From: an uncultured virus (IMG/VR IMGVR_UViG_3300020595_000024)
Taxonomy: Duplodnaviria > Heunggongvirae > Uroviricota > Caudoviricetes > Crassvirales
Length of the DNA: 64,000 bases
Strand: one strand, 5' to 3'
Virus record (IMG/VR): IMGVR_UViG_3300020595_000024
The position numbers and the translations under genes are program-made. Under the pieces are notes generated by a model, which was given only the letters and a program-made list of their open reading frames with translations, was not told the origin of the DNA and did not search any database. Of the stretch, positions 27,195-37,035 are shown in pieces. The stretch's first letter is position 1; each line of letters begins with the position of its first letter.

Positions 27195-27864
27195 ACCTAA
27201 CCTGATTGGGATATCAGGAAAGATGGGATCAGGAAAAGACACATTGTCTATTGTGATAAACTATCTTGCAGACAAATTTGCACCAGAATCTATTGCTGAT
27301 TGGGAACAACCTGTTAGTGAGTTTACTTATGCAAATAAGAAATATTCTGAAAAGCTAAAGTATATGGTTTGTTTTCTTCTTGGTTGTAGTAGATCTGATT
27401 TAGAAGACAGAGAGTTTAAAGAGAAAGAGCTTGGAGAAGAGTGGGACGGATTAACGCCTCGTAAGCTTCTACAACTTTTGGGCACTGAAGCAGGTAGACA
27501 TATCATTCACCCTAATATTTGGGTAAATGCTTTGTTTGCTGATTATGTATGTGATGACTGTGGACAACAAGAATGTCCAACAGATGAAGAGGATACAGGT
27601 CAAATGATACATCGTTCTTTTCCAGATTGGATAATAACAGATGTTAGATTTCCTAATGAAGCTCAAGCAATTAAAGATAGAGGTGGTATTCTTATAAGAA
27701 TAAACAGACCTCAATATCTAGACAATGGATTAGTTATTAGGAAAGATGAACACCTTTCTGAAACAGCTTTAGATGATTACGATGAGTTTGACTATGTGAT
27801 AAACAACGACACAAATAGTGTTCAAGATCTTGTAGACAAAGTTAAACAATTAAAAATAGTGTAA
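27178..27864 (+). CDS. Deoxynucleoside monophosphate kinase
   Basis: GISGKMGSGKDT, TPRKLLQLLGTE, IITDVRFPNE, HLSE. Confidence 0.88.
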   Translation: MIAGGKPNLIGISGKMGSGKDTLSIVINYLADKFAPESIADWEQPVSEFTYANKKYSEKLKYMVCFLLGCSRSDLEDREFKEKELGEEWDGLTPRKLLQLLGTEAGRHIIHPNIWVNALFADYVCDDCGQQECPTDEEDTGQMIHRSFPDWIITDVRFPNEAQAIKDRGGILIRINRPQYLDNGLVIRKDEHLSETALDDYDEFDYVINNDTNSVQDLVDKVKQLKIV

Positions 27865-27865
27865 T

Positions 27866-28093
27866 ATGCATATAGAGAAGGTAGGTTACGTAGGTATTAA
27901 TAGATCTGACAGAGAAGAAATAGAAGAGTGGATTGACCAAAGTGGTTTAGCTTTTTATGATTCTCATGAAGACGAGATAATTACAGATGTGGACGCCAAG
28001 TCCTTGTTAGAGGTGGGAGGAACTTTTATATCAGTAGATGATGTATATGACCTAATTCTTAATGAGTGTGACGTGGTTAAATTTTATTATTAA
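27866..28093 (+). CDS. Hypothetical acidic protein (75 aa)
   Basis: 1-nt spacing in the operon. Confidence 0.6.
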   Translation: MHIEKVGYVGINRSDREEIEEWIDQSGLAFYDSHEDEIITDVDAKSLLEVGGTFISVDDVYDLILNECDVVKFYY

Positions 28094-28109
28094 CAATTAA
28101 AATAAAAGA

Positions 28110-28406
28110 ATGAAAAAAGTAGAAGATGAAGTTTTAGAAGACAACTTTACAGAAGGAGTTTACAATCATGATGCATTTACATCAGATGGTGACGCTTGTG
28201 GATTTAGTCAGACAGGATTCAACGAGAAGAATGGAACAATGAATGGTATTGTCTCAAGTATTGATGGCAATAGAAATTTTGTTTCCCAGCTCGCTGAGCA
28301 ACTAGAAGCAAACTTTACACCAAGAGAGATAGTATTCATGGCAGCAAAGCTATCTTATGTAAACATGGTAAATGAATTTGCAGCCAAGCAAAAAGAACAA
28401 GAGTAA
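28110..28406 (+). CDS. Hypothetical protein (98 aa)
   Basis: Coupled to the next gene. Confidence 0.65.
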   Translation: MKKVEDEVLEDNFTEGVYNHDAFTSDGDACGFSQTGFNEKNGTMNGIVSSIDGNRNFVSQLAEQLEANFTPREIVFMAAKLSYVNMVNEFAAKQKEQE

Positions 28407-29179
28407 TGGAATTACCTTTAGTAAGAAGAAAAGCCAAAAGATTAGATTCTAAGAGGTTATTATTATTCGGTGCACCAAAGTGTGGTAAAACTACAATTGT
28501 GTCTCAACTAGAAGACTGCCTTATCGTTGATATGGAGCAGGGTTCTAATTACGTTGAGGGTATGATCGTAGAAATCAAGACTATGGCGGACTATTCTGCA
28601 TTAATCAAGGCTCTTAAAAAAGCTAAAGATGAAGCAGGAGGAAAAGTACCTTATAAGTACATCTGTTTAGACACTTTAACAGCTTTAGAGGAGTTATCTC
28701 TATCTCTAGCAGTTAAGTTATATCAGAAGACCTCAATGGGTGTAAACTTCACAGGAACTGACGTAAGGACGCTTCCCAATGGTGCTGGTTATTTGTATAC
28801 TAGACAAGCATTTTTCAAGATGCTTAAGCCACTAGAAGAGTTTTGCGATACCTTAGTTATGGTAGGTCACGTAAAAGAAAAAGATGTCGTAAAAGAGTCT
28901 GGTTCATTTACAGAAAAGTCAATAAACTTGACTGGTAGAACAAAAGATATTCTTTGTTCATGGTGTGACGCTATTGGGTTGGTATATAGAGATGAGAACA
29001 AAACTATAATAAACTTTGCTCCATCGGAGTCGTTGGTTGCAGGTTCAAGACAGAAGCATCTTATAGGACAGCAAATTGAAGTTGCAGTAAGTGATGAGAA
29101 TTATGACATCACTGTTGATTGGAGTCGTATCTTCATAGAAGAGAAGACTAAAGTAATTCCTGCTTCAAAGGAAAAGTAA
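28406..29179 (+). CDS. Sak4-like / AAA_24 P-loop ATPase (recombination)
   Basis: LLFGAPKCGKTT, VDMEQG, ICLDTLT, LPNGAGY, MVGH. Confidence 0.8.
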   Translation: MELPLVRRKAKRLDSKRLLLFGAPKCGKTTIVSQLEDCLIVDMEQGSNYVEGMIVEIKTMADYSALIKALKKAKDEAGGKVPYKYICLDTLTALEELSLSLAVKLYQKTSMGVNFTGTDVRTLPNGAGYLYTRQAFFKMLKPLEEFCDTLVMVGHVKEKDVVKESGSFTEKSINLTGRTKDILCSWCDAIGLVYRDENKTIINFAPSESLVAGSRQKHLIGQQIEVAVSDENYDITVDWSRIFIEEKTKVIPASKEK

Positions 29180-29208
29180 ATTAGTATAAATTTTAAATTT
29201 AAGAACAA

Positions 29209-29925
29209 ATGTTAAACATTGTATTCGGTTCAATCAAGAAGATTGCACCAGCTGCTATTCAGCAGTTTGATTTCCCCTCAATGAAAGTTGAGAAGAACAG
29301 AGGAAAAGGCACCACCCGAAGAGTATTATTCAATAAGTCTGCTTGCAGATTGCTTGAACTAGATGCTGGTGGAGTGCAAGAACTTTTGTTTGGTTTTGCC
29401 CAGCCACAACAAGAAAATGAGGCAAGATTATTTGTAGTTAACACTGCAGAATTCATAAAAGAAGTAGAAGACAAGACATACAAGGTGTCTAAAAACTACG
29501 CTTCTTATGATGATAGCAAAGAGAAAGGTAAAACTATCTCGTCAACACAATTGTGTAATGAAATTAGACAATTTGTAGCAATAGGAGACGCTACTGACAC
29601 AGACTACGAAATAGTACTTCATGACGAAAGCGGTGAGGCTCCAATTTACGAACTAGTAAAAGTCGTAGATGCTCCTGCTCTTGAAGTGGATTGTGATGAT
29701 TGTGAAGATGAGTGTGAAAGTGCATGCCCTGTAGAAGATGAGCCTAACGAAGAGTTAAGTAATCTTATTACAGCTACTGAAAACTTTGACCAGGAAGAAG
29801 AAGAAGACGAAGATGATGATGAAGATGATGTGACTCCAGATGAAGAAGGAGATTCAGATTCAGAAGAACAAGAGGTTTCAGATAATTCAGGAGAAAGCAG
29901 TACTTTCACGCCATTTAACATTTAA
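29209..29925 (+). CDS. Hypothetical protein with a very acidic C-terminal tail
   Basis: D/E-rich low-complexity C-terminus. Confidence 0.7.
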   Translation: MLNIVFGSIKKIAPAAIQQFDFPSMKVEKNRGKGTTRRVLFNKSACRLLELDAGGVQELLFGFAQPQQENEARLFVVNTAEFIKEVEDKTYKVSKNYASYDDSKEKGKTISSTQLCNEIRQFVAIGDATDTDYEIVLHDESGEAPIYELVKVVDAPALEVDCDDCEDECESACPVEDEPNEELSNLITATENFDQEEEEDEDDDEDDVTPDEEGDSDSEEQEVSDNSGESSTFTPFNI

Positions 29926-29930
29926 TAAGT

Positions 29931-29954
29931 AATAATAATAATAATAATAATAAT
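29931..29954. repeat. (AAT)8 microsatellite in an intergenic leader
   Basis: Read directly. Confidence 0.8.
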
Positions 29955-29974
29955 TAAATTAAAAAAAGTAAATT

Positions 29975-30886
29975 ATGGGATTTGGATCAGCAAATGAAAT
30001 CAAAGAAGGTGGAGCAAGAAAATTCTTCACAGGTGTTGAGAACTTTAAAGTTGTCGCAGTAAACCCTTCCAAAGCAGAGCTTGAAGCTCTTTACGGAAGA
30101 GAAATAACTTATGAGCCTGAGTACCTTGGTACGCAGACAGTAAGTGATTCTGATGGCGAAAGAGAAGTGCCTCAACTAAGAGTAGATTTCTACTTGAACA
30201 ATGACGATGTAGACAACCCTATCTCTACTAAAGCTTCATTTTATATAATTAATACTCACCACAAGTCACAGACAGGTAAGTATAAAGTTATTAATGACTT
30301 TGGTAAAGCTACGTGGTTGGAAGAAGATGCGATTAAGAGCAAGACTGTTCCTCAAAACATGCAATGGTACAATACTTCAGGAATGAAGATTGCTAAGCGT
30401 GGCGAGGAAGAGATGATTGACTTTATTGCTAATCTTCTTAATTTACCTTTCGACTTAACTAAGCTTACAGATGTGTCTGCAGCTCACGCTAAGTTTGAGA
30501 AGGCTACATGGGAAGAAATGTTTAAGGGAGATTTTTCTTACATTAAGACAGTGATTGACAGTACTAACAATAAAGTTGGTGTTGCTCTTGGTGTTAAGAT
30601 TGCGGATGACCAGAGTATGCGTCAGACAATTTTTAACAAGAAGACTTTACGTCAGTACACTCTTACAAGTAAGAGAGACAATAAGTTTCAGTGGCTAAGT
30701 AAAGCTATTGAGGAGTCTAAAGCTAATGGTGCATTTGGTACTACTAACTTCGGACCAGCAGATTACACTCTTCGTGAGTATAGTTTGACTCCGGATGTAT
30801 TGACCACAGCGTCTTTACCTCCTGAAGAAGATGTGTTTGGAACAGCTGATGCTGCAAAAGACACAACAGACAACTGGTTAGACTAA
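29975..30886 (+). CDS. Putative single-stranded DNA-binding protein (crAss-like type)
   Basis: Lies between the Sak4-like ATPase and the primase; N-terminal FTGVENFKVVAVNP; acidic/aromatic C-terminus. Confidence 0.6.
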   Translation: MGFGSANEIKEGGARKFFTGVENFKVVAVNPSKAELEALYGREITYEPEYLGTQTVSDSDGEREVPQLRVDFYLNNDDVDNPISTKASFYIINTHHKSQTGKYKVINDFGKATWLEEDAIKSKTVPQNMQWYNTSGMKIAKRGEEEMIDFIANLLNLPFDLTKLTDVSAAHAKFEKATWEEMFKGDFSYIKTVIDSTNNKVGVALGVKIADDQSMRQTIFNKKTLRQYTLTSKRDNKFQWLSKAIEESKANGAFGTTNFGPADYTLREYSLTPDVLTTASLPPEEDVFGTADAAKDTTDNWLD

Positions 30887-30950
30887 TCAGTTAATTAATT
30901 ATATGGGGTCGGATAGTCCGGCCCCTATATTAACCAACAAAACTAAAAAT

Positions 30951-31076
30951 ATGAAAGTAGAATTTGAAGGAAAAGAATATGTTTTTGAGAATGTAAAAAC
31001 ATGCAGTATTACCAAAGAAGGAATTTATATCAATGGAGCACTAATTGTCCGTTCATCTTCTACCAACTCAAAATAA
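30951..31076 (+). CDS. Small hypothetical protein (41 aa)
   Basis: Read by hand; recurrent leader, ends 2 nt before the primase ATG. Confidence 0.5.
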   Translation: MKVEFEGKEYVFENVKTCSITKEGIYINGALIVRSSSTNSK

Positions 31077-31078
31077 AT

Positions 31079-32149
31079 ATGGGATTTGGAAAAAGTGTAG
31101 ATATAAAAAAGTTGCCAAACAGAGCTGATATACTTAGTTGTATAACAGATGTCGAGATATTTTCTCACTTTCTAGGAGGCATACCAAGAAAACCAATATC
31201 AAGTCCTATAAGGAAAGACAGCATACCATCATTTAGTTTATTCTATAGTGATAAGTATGAGAAAATGATGTACAAGGATTTTGCCACAGGAGAAAGAGGC
31301 GATGTGTTTGTATTTGTAATGAATCTTTTTGGACTAAGTAAGATAACTGATGCTTTTTGCTTTATAGCAAATGAGTTTCAGCTTACACAGTTTCAAACAG
31401 AAGCTGTAAACAATGTGGCTAGAGTTAGCTATGTGTCTAAAGATAATATTGGAAAAGTAAAGAAAGATAGAATTGATCTAAGAGTAAAGACCAGGGCTTG
31501 GAAAAAACAAGACCAAGAATTTTGGCAAACCAAGTATGGTTTTACAAAAGACCAATTAACTTATTGTGGGATATATCCAATCTCACATTATTTTATGAAT
31601 GATTATAGTAAGGTAGCAGATGAACTTGCCTACGCTTTTGTCGAAGAAAAAGACGGGAACGTAACGTATAAAATATACCAACCTAAGTCAGATAACAAGT
31701 GGATAAACAATAATGATTTTTCTGTATGGGAAATGTGGCGACAAATGCCACCCAAAGGTAAAAATCTAATAATAACTAGTAGCAGGAAAGACGCAATGTC
31801 TATTCTGTTCACATTTGGAAACCCTGCACAAGTAGCTTCTTGTTCTTTACAGAGCGAGAATACTAATCCGAAGCCTCAAATTATAGAGGAATTGAAGAGT
31901 AGGTTTGAAAACATATACGTATTGTACGATAATGATTTCACAAATGAAAGAAATCCAGGTAGAGCTGCGGGAGCAAAGTTTTGCCAAGAATACGATCTAA
32001 ATCAGTTGGAGATACCAGAAGAATACGGTGTTAAAGATCCATCTGACTTTTTAGAGAAGTATGGTAAGGAACAATTTAAAATAACAATCAAAAAATTAGT
32101 AAAAGATGTCACAATTCAAAATAAAAACAAATTTAACGAAGAAAACTGA
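31079..32149 (+). CDS. dnaG: DNA primase (TOPRIM); likely start MGFGKS at 31079
   Basis: SPIRKDSIPSF...YKDFATGERGD N-terminal domain; IITSSRKD, VLYDND, KDPSD. Confidence 0.85.
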   Translation: MGFGKSVDIKKLPNRADILSCITDVEIFSHFLGGIPRKPISSPIRKDSIPSFSLFYSDKYEKMMYKDFATGERGDVFVFVMNLFGLSKITDAFCFIANEFQLTQFQTEAVNNVARVSYVSKDNIGKVKKDRIDLRVKTRAWKKQDQEFWQTKYGFTKDQLTYCGIYPISHYFMNDYSKVADELAYAFVEEKDGNVTYKIYQPKSDNKWINNNDFSVWEMWRQMPPKGKNLIITSSRKDAMSILFTFGNPAQVASCSLQSENTNPKPQIIEELKSRFENIYVLYDNDFTNERNPGRAAGAKFCQEYDLNQLEIPEEYGVKDPSDFLEKYGKEQFKITIKKLVKDVTIQNKNKFNEEN

Positions 32150-33161
32150 ACTATTTAACGTACTAGCACTAGCTAAGTCAATTGAGTTACCAATCCTACT
32201 TATAGGAGATCCAGGTGTTGCTAAGACAGCAGCTGTAATGGATTTTGCTAAAGCAGTGAATGGAGGAGACTTAGAAGATGAGCAGGTGTTCATGCTGGAA
32301 ACAGATGAAGGTACTAGAAGTTCAGCTATAAAGGGTAACGTAGATATCGAAGCCTTAACAACAAGTAACAAATATCAAATCAACTCACCAATAGCTGATG
32401 CAGATTTTGTAATCATTAACGAGGTTGACAAAGCGTCAGCATCATTAAGAAACAGTTTGCTAGGTGTAATGAATGAGAAGAAGATATTTAACGGTACAGA
32501 AAAGAAAGACTGTGCATGGGAAACTTTTGTTGCAACATGTAATAGTATTCCTGAAGACGAGAAAGATTCTCCATTCTGGGATAGATTTGCTATCACATTT
32601 CACGTAGACAGATTACGCGAGACTGATATATTGGACTACTTCTCTAAAGGAGGTCGCTCTAGTATGCAGACTTACAACGTAAACTTACCTACAGATGAGC
32701 AGGTAGAAGAGAACATGGCAAAATTAGATGTAGCTAAGATTAAGAAAGTATTAGATGTAGTTTACGGATCATTGTCTGACCGTACTATTTCTTATATTCC
32801 TACATTAGTTGCACACATAATGGGTGTTTACAGTACTAGTCAAGATAGAGCTTATGTAAAAGCTGTTGAATTACTAGTAGGTAAGACAGATGCTGATGTA
32901 TTGGCAAGAAGCATTATGAGTAAGCAGCTAAGAGGTCTTTACGACAAAGTAGACATGATTTCTGCTTGTACTAACGAAAGCATGTACAAGAAATTAATGT
33001 CTGAAATCAATACTTTAGGAGAACAACTTGCAAAAGATGGATTCCTAGCTAAAGAAGATGAGAGTGATATCGTAGCAAGAGCTACAGAAGCACAGAATTC
33101 TCTTTCTTTCTTAAGTACAGAAGATGATTTAGCGGACGTTAACGAAGCAATGGAATCATAA
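32106..33161 (+). CDS. MoxR-family AAA+ ATPase
   Basis: ILLIGDPGVAKT, VIINEVDKA, RNSLLGVMNE, FWDRF. Confidence 0.82.
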   Translation: MSQFKIKTNLTKKTELFNVLALAKSIELPILLIGDPGVAKTAAVMDFAKAVNGGDLEDEQVFMLETDEGTRSSAIKGNVDIEALTTSNKYQINSPIADADFVIINEVDKASASLRNSLLGVMNEKKIFNGTEKKDCAWETFVATCNSIPEDEKDSPFWDRFAITFHVDRLRETDILDYFSKGGRSSMQTYNVNLPTDEQVEENMAKLDVAKIKKVLDVVYGSLSDRTISYIPTLVAHIMGVYSTSQDRAYVKAVELLVGKTDADVLARSIMSKQLRGLYDKVDMISACTNESMYKKLMSEINTLGEQLAKDGFLAKEDESDIVARATEAQNSLSFLSTEDDLADVNEAMES

Positions 33162-34630
33162 TGGGATTCTTATCACAAAGAGAAGGTAATGGGGGGAGCT
33201 GGTCGGCTCCTTCCAATGACCTCTATGATATATACGGAGGCAGACAAACAGGTCTGTTCGGAAGTATAGAAAAGAGCCCTAAGCAAGTTATTTTTCCTGG
33301 AGTTACTCCAAGAGAAGAGACAAGCTTACAGAAGATCCAGAACTACATACATAATGAGAGTCGTAATGAAGGTGGTCCTGGTGGAACTAATGTTCCTCAG
33401 CACCTTATTAATGACATTTACAGTATGTTTGTTAACGATGGCTTTAAGAGAAAAGAAACAAGCACAGGAAATGTTATTAAGCAGAAAATATTAGACAGAG
33501 TTTACAATACCTTTACAAAAGATATTACCAGAAACTCTCCTTTATTTTCTAACATAGTGACAAAAGAGATTGCTTTGTATCTTCAGAAAGTTTACGAAGA
33601 CGAAGATATGCCAGAAGATGAAGAAGATGACAACAATGGTGATGGACAGGGTGATCCTGGAGATGGCCAAGGTCAAGCTGGACAAGGAGAAGGTGAAGGC
33701 GATGACACTCAGGACTCTGATGTTGCTGCAGGAGGTAGACAAGCAGGAAAGGATGGTAGCGGATCTACCGGTACTGGAGACTTAGATCCTAATCAGCAAG
33801 CACAAGAGAAAGCAGCTGAAGATATTCTTGACAAGCATGAGGAGCGTTTGCAAAATGCTATGAAGAAAGCAATGGATGACATAAAGAATCTTGAAAAAGC
33901 TATAGGTAAAGAAAACATTGCCGACTTAGCTAACAAAGAACCTGATTTTATGGACAACATGGATAATATGAAAGAAGCCTTGAAAAAGGTTGCATTTAAC
34001 CGTGAAAGCATAAAGACAGTTCTTACAAAGATTCTTAACAAGTCTGAGAATTATTTCTCTAAAAACTTCTATACCAAAGAAGAGAGTATTTTTGAGTCAG
34101 AAGATTTTGATAATCTTTTTGGCTTAGAATTCCTTAATCCAATCTTTAGAAATGCAGAGATAATGAACATAGGAAATGAATCTAGAGTTTACACGGGTAA
34201 AATAGATTTGTATTTAGATTGTTCAGGATCTATGTCTGATACAGAAAACTTTGAAGGACAAAACATTAGAATGTCAGACCTTGTAAAAGGTATAGCAATG
34301 GTTTTGTTTAGAATGGGTATGATTGATAAACTTTATTTCTTTGATAACGATATCTATGAGATAAAGAACATAAATGAGTACACTATTCTGGCCTTTAATG
34401 AAGTTGGAGGAACAGACTTTAACAAAGTTGTTAGACAATGTTCTACTAATGGAAGAAATTCTGTTGTAATTACTGACGGTGAAGATTACTGTCAAGATTA
34501 CATAAAGAATGTTTTCTGGTGCGGTATCGGAGGAACTACATTTCGTAATGGAGCAGGATTTGATGCATACAAAAAAGAGAAGCAGTGCGTAACATACGAT
34601 AGTAAGACAGGAATGTTTGTATACGTATAG
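33161..34630 (+). CDS. VWA-domain protein (MoxR partner)
   Basis: MIDAS motif YLDCSGSM, GGTDF, VITDGE; G/D/Q-rich linker. Confidence 0.85.
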   Translation: MGFLSQREGNGGSWSAPSNDLYDIYGGRQTGLFGSIEKSPKQVIFPGVTPREETSLQKIQNYIHNESRNEGGPGGTNVPQHLINDIYSMFVNDGFKRKETSTGNVIKQKILDRVYNTFTKDITRNSPLFSNIVTKEIALYLQKVYEDEDMPEDEEDDNNGDGQGDPGDGQGQAGQGEGEGDDTQDSDVAAGGRQAGKDGSGSTGTGDLDPNQQAQEKAAEDILDKHEERLQNAMKKAMDDIKNLEKAIGKENIADLANKEPDFMDNMDNMKEALKKVAFNRESIKTVLTKILNKSENYFSKNFYTKEESIFESEDFDNLFGLEFLNPIFRNAEIMNIGNESRVYTGKIDLYLDCSGSMSDTENFEGQNIRMSDLVKGIAMVLFRMGMIDKLYFFDNDIYEIKNINEYTILAFNEVGGTDFNKVVRQCSTNGRNSVVITDGEDYCQDYIKNVFWCGIGGTTFRNGAGFDAYKKEKQCVTYDSKTGMFVYV

Positions 34631-34701
34631 TATTAATTAGTAAGAAGAGTTCAGCAATGGTGGTGCTGCGTTGGACTCTTACTTACATTAAATAATAAAC
34701 T

Positions 34702-35169
34702 ATGATTTTTATACCAGGTAACATACCGAGTCTTAAAAATTCTAAAGTAAAGACGGCTAGAGGGATCTTTAGTTCCCCTACCGTTAACAAGTTTCTTAGA
34801 TCTATTGGCATACAGAAGTTTAACTCTCGTAAAAAAGAAGTTAAAGGATATGTAGACGCAACTAGACCTAATCAGTTTGAGGCTTTACGAGAAGAGTTTA
34901 TGAAGATGAAAGTAGGGAAAGATGACCCTATTGTTATAGGATATCATCAAGTCAGAAATAGTAAAAGGTTATTTGACTTTAGTAATAGTGTAGAAATTGT
35001 ACAAGATTTAATGACTGCACATGACTTTATAGAAGATGACAATGTAAAACACGTATTCCCTGTACCCATGAGTATTGATGGTCAATTGATTGATCAGAAC
35101 GACCCACGGGCTTTTCCACTATATAGTGTGGACAAAGAAAATCCAGGAGTATACATAAAATTATTTTAA
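34702..35169 (+). CDS. RusA-like Holliday junction resolvase
   Basis: IPSLKNSK, RLFDFSN...QDLM, IEDDN, DKENPGV. Confidence 0.7.
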   Translation: MIFIPGNIPSLKNSKVKTARGIFSSPTVNKFLRSIGIQKFNSRKKEVKGYVDATRPNQFEALREEFMKMKVGKDDPIVIGYHQVRNSKRLFDFSNSVEIVQDLMTAHDFIEDDNVKHVFPVPMSIDGQLIDQNDPRAFPLYSVDKENPGVYIKLF

Positions 35170-35170
35170 A

Positions 35171-35422
35171 ATGGAAGATAATCTAAGAGCACTTGCTATG
35201 CAGGTGTTAGTAAAAGAAGATTACCAATTATTTGCAGCAGCATGTTATGATGAAAATCTATTTTTAGCTACAAGTATATGCGAATCTGCAAGAAAACTTG
35301 CTGTAGAAGAACTGTTGTTGACAGTTTATAATGACGAATGTGATTTTGTTTTAATGGATCATTACAAAAAGGCACAATGTCTTCTGGATCTTATGAAAGA
35401 GAGAGGGGTAAGCCATGATTAA
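35171..35422 (+). CDS. Hypothetical protein (83 aa)
   Basis: Tight operon spacing. Confidence 0.6.
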   Translation: MEDNLRALAMQVLVKEDYQLFAAACYDENLFLATSICESARKLAVEELLLTVYNDECDFVLMDHYKKAQCLLDLMKERGVSHD

Positions 35423-36458
35423 TGATCATAATTTAGAAATAACAGAACAAGAGTACAGAGATTTAGAGATTCCCAGTTATTCTTTGCTTGCTAGTATAGC
35501 AAAACAAGGCATAGACATACTTGGAGGAGCTAAGACTCAAATGTTTCAGTTAAAGTTCGGATCTCTTGTAGATGACATTTGTTTTGAGCCAAGTGTAGTG
35601 GCCAACAAATATTACAGAGGATCTCCTGTTACAATAAACTCAGGTAATCCTAAGAAGATTATAGACTTAGTTCTTGAGAATTGTAACCAAGGAAGTGAAA
35701 CTGAGCTTAATTACTACGATATCGAGATTATTGCAGCAGCAAGAAAGCTTGGAGTTTATGACAAGTACGATGATGCAAAAATCTTAAAGACTATACTAGT
35801 TGATAAGAATGAAAACTATTTTGAAGATAAAATAAAATCTATTAATAAAATTCATGTGAAAGATGAGATGTATGAGATGGCTGTTGCAGCTGCCGACACT
35901 CTTAAGACAAATGACTTTACTAATATTTATTTTCAAGATGACGATGCGGAGTTAGAAACTTTTTATCAATTTAAGACTGTCCAAACAATCAATGGACACC
36001 AGGTAAAAGTTATGCTAGATTGCATGGTTGTGGATCATAAGAACAAAGTAATTTATCCTGTTGACTTAAAGACTGGAGAAAGCCCTGCTGATATGTTTGA
36101 TGAAGTATTTTTGCTTCACAAGTATTATTTGCAAGGAGGACTTTACAGAAGTGCAATTAAAGCTATAGTTGACAAAGATCCAGATTTAGAAGGATATAAA
36201 GTCGCATCATTTGACTTTGTATACCTATCCAAGATGAATGTTTACAAACCATTAGTGTTTAACATGCCTCTTCTTTTGCATAGAGCAGCATGGACGGGAT
36301 TTACTGACAGGTTTGGATTCGTACACAAAGGACTTACCGAGCTACTTGGTCTTTATAGTGACTGGAAAGAAGGTTTTTCCATGTACACAAAAGAGCAAAA
36401 CAGCAACAGAGGTAGAGTAATAATGAATAACTTAATAAAAGAAGAAGATGAAGGATAG
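35415..36458 (+). CDS. PD-(D/E)XK exonuclease (RecE/DUF3799-like)
   Basis: SYSLL, FGSLVD, KVMLD...VDLKT, YYLQGGLY. Confidence 0.78.
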   Translation: MINDHNLEITEQEYRDLEIPSYSLLASIAKQGIDILGGAKTQMFQLKFGSLVDDICFEPSVVANKYYRGSPVTINSGNPKKIIDLVLENCNQGSETELNYYDIEIIAAARKLGVYDKYDDAKILKTILVDKNENYFEDKIKSINKIHVKDEMYEMAVAAADTLKTNDFTNIYFQDDDAELETFYQFKTVQTINGHQVKVMLDCMVVDHKNKVIYPVDLKTGESPADMFDEVFLLHKYYLQGGLYRSAIKAIVDKDPDLEGYKVASFDFVYLSKMNVYKPLVFNMPLLLHRAAWTGFTDRFGFVHKGLTELLGLYSDWKEGFSMYTKEQNSNRGRVIMNNLIKEEDEG

Positions 36459-37035
36459 GTATGTTATTGACACACAACCAGTTAAGAGTTCAACATACAT
36501 GTTGCCAATACTTGACGAACAAATTAACTTTGAATTCCTGCCATTAATGGTGGGATCCTATTTATACAACAACAGAGATGAGAAAGAATTTTCTGTGTTG
36601 TATAAGTTTAAGGGTACAGAAAAGTTTACAGAGTTTGAAAAGAGAATGATGGATCATGTGATATTTATAGGTCACGAAGATTATGGAGAATATGTTCTCT
36701 ATAAATTTAGACTAACTACAGATATGCAGAAAGCACTAGATCTGTTATTAGAAGGCAAGTATAGTATGTTAACTTTAGAACAGAAAAATTGTATAGAATC
36801 TATGTGTAAGAGGAGAGGTTTCTCAAACTACAGAAGGATAAGAATGATATTAGATAAACATGAAAGCATTAGACTTGAACTAGAGTTCAGGTTAAAGTGC
36901 AAGATATCATGGGATGCTGAGTTATCTTCTCCTATAGATCCAGATACAGAATATTTTTCGGATAAAGTTCAAAAAATAGATTTTAATTTAAAACAAGGAG
37001 CAGAGATTTATGAAAGTAACGAAGAGGAACGGTAG
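36448..37035 (+). CDS. Conserved hypothetical protein (195 aa)
   Basis: Overlaps both neighbours. Confidence 0.7.
   Translation: MKDRYVIDTQPVKSSTYMLPILDEQINFEFLPLMVGSYLYNNRDEKEFSVLYKFKGTEKFTEFEKRMMDHVIFIGHEDYGEYVLYKFRLTTDMQKALDLLLEGKYSMLTLEQKNCIESMCKRRGFSNYRRIRMILDKHESIRLELEFRLKCKISWDAELSSPIDPDTEYFSDKVQKIDFNLKQGAEIYESNEEER

Noticed and set aside
29931..29954. (AAT)8 as a phase-variation switch
   Set aside because: It is intergenic, a triplet unit, and within an A/T-rich leader; nothing suggests that length changes would matter.
31001..31078. N-terminal extension of the primase given by the ORF track (likewise 11573-11698 and 6862-6915 for their genes)
   Set aside because: These extensions overlap another small ORF or promoter/terminator elements; downstream ATGs with typical leaders fit better.
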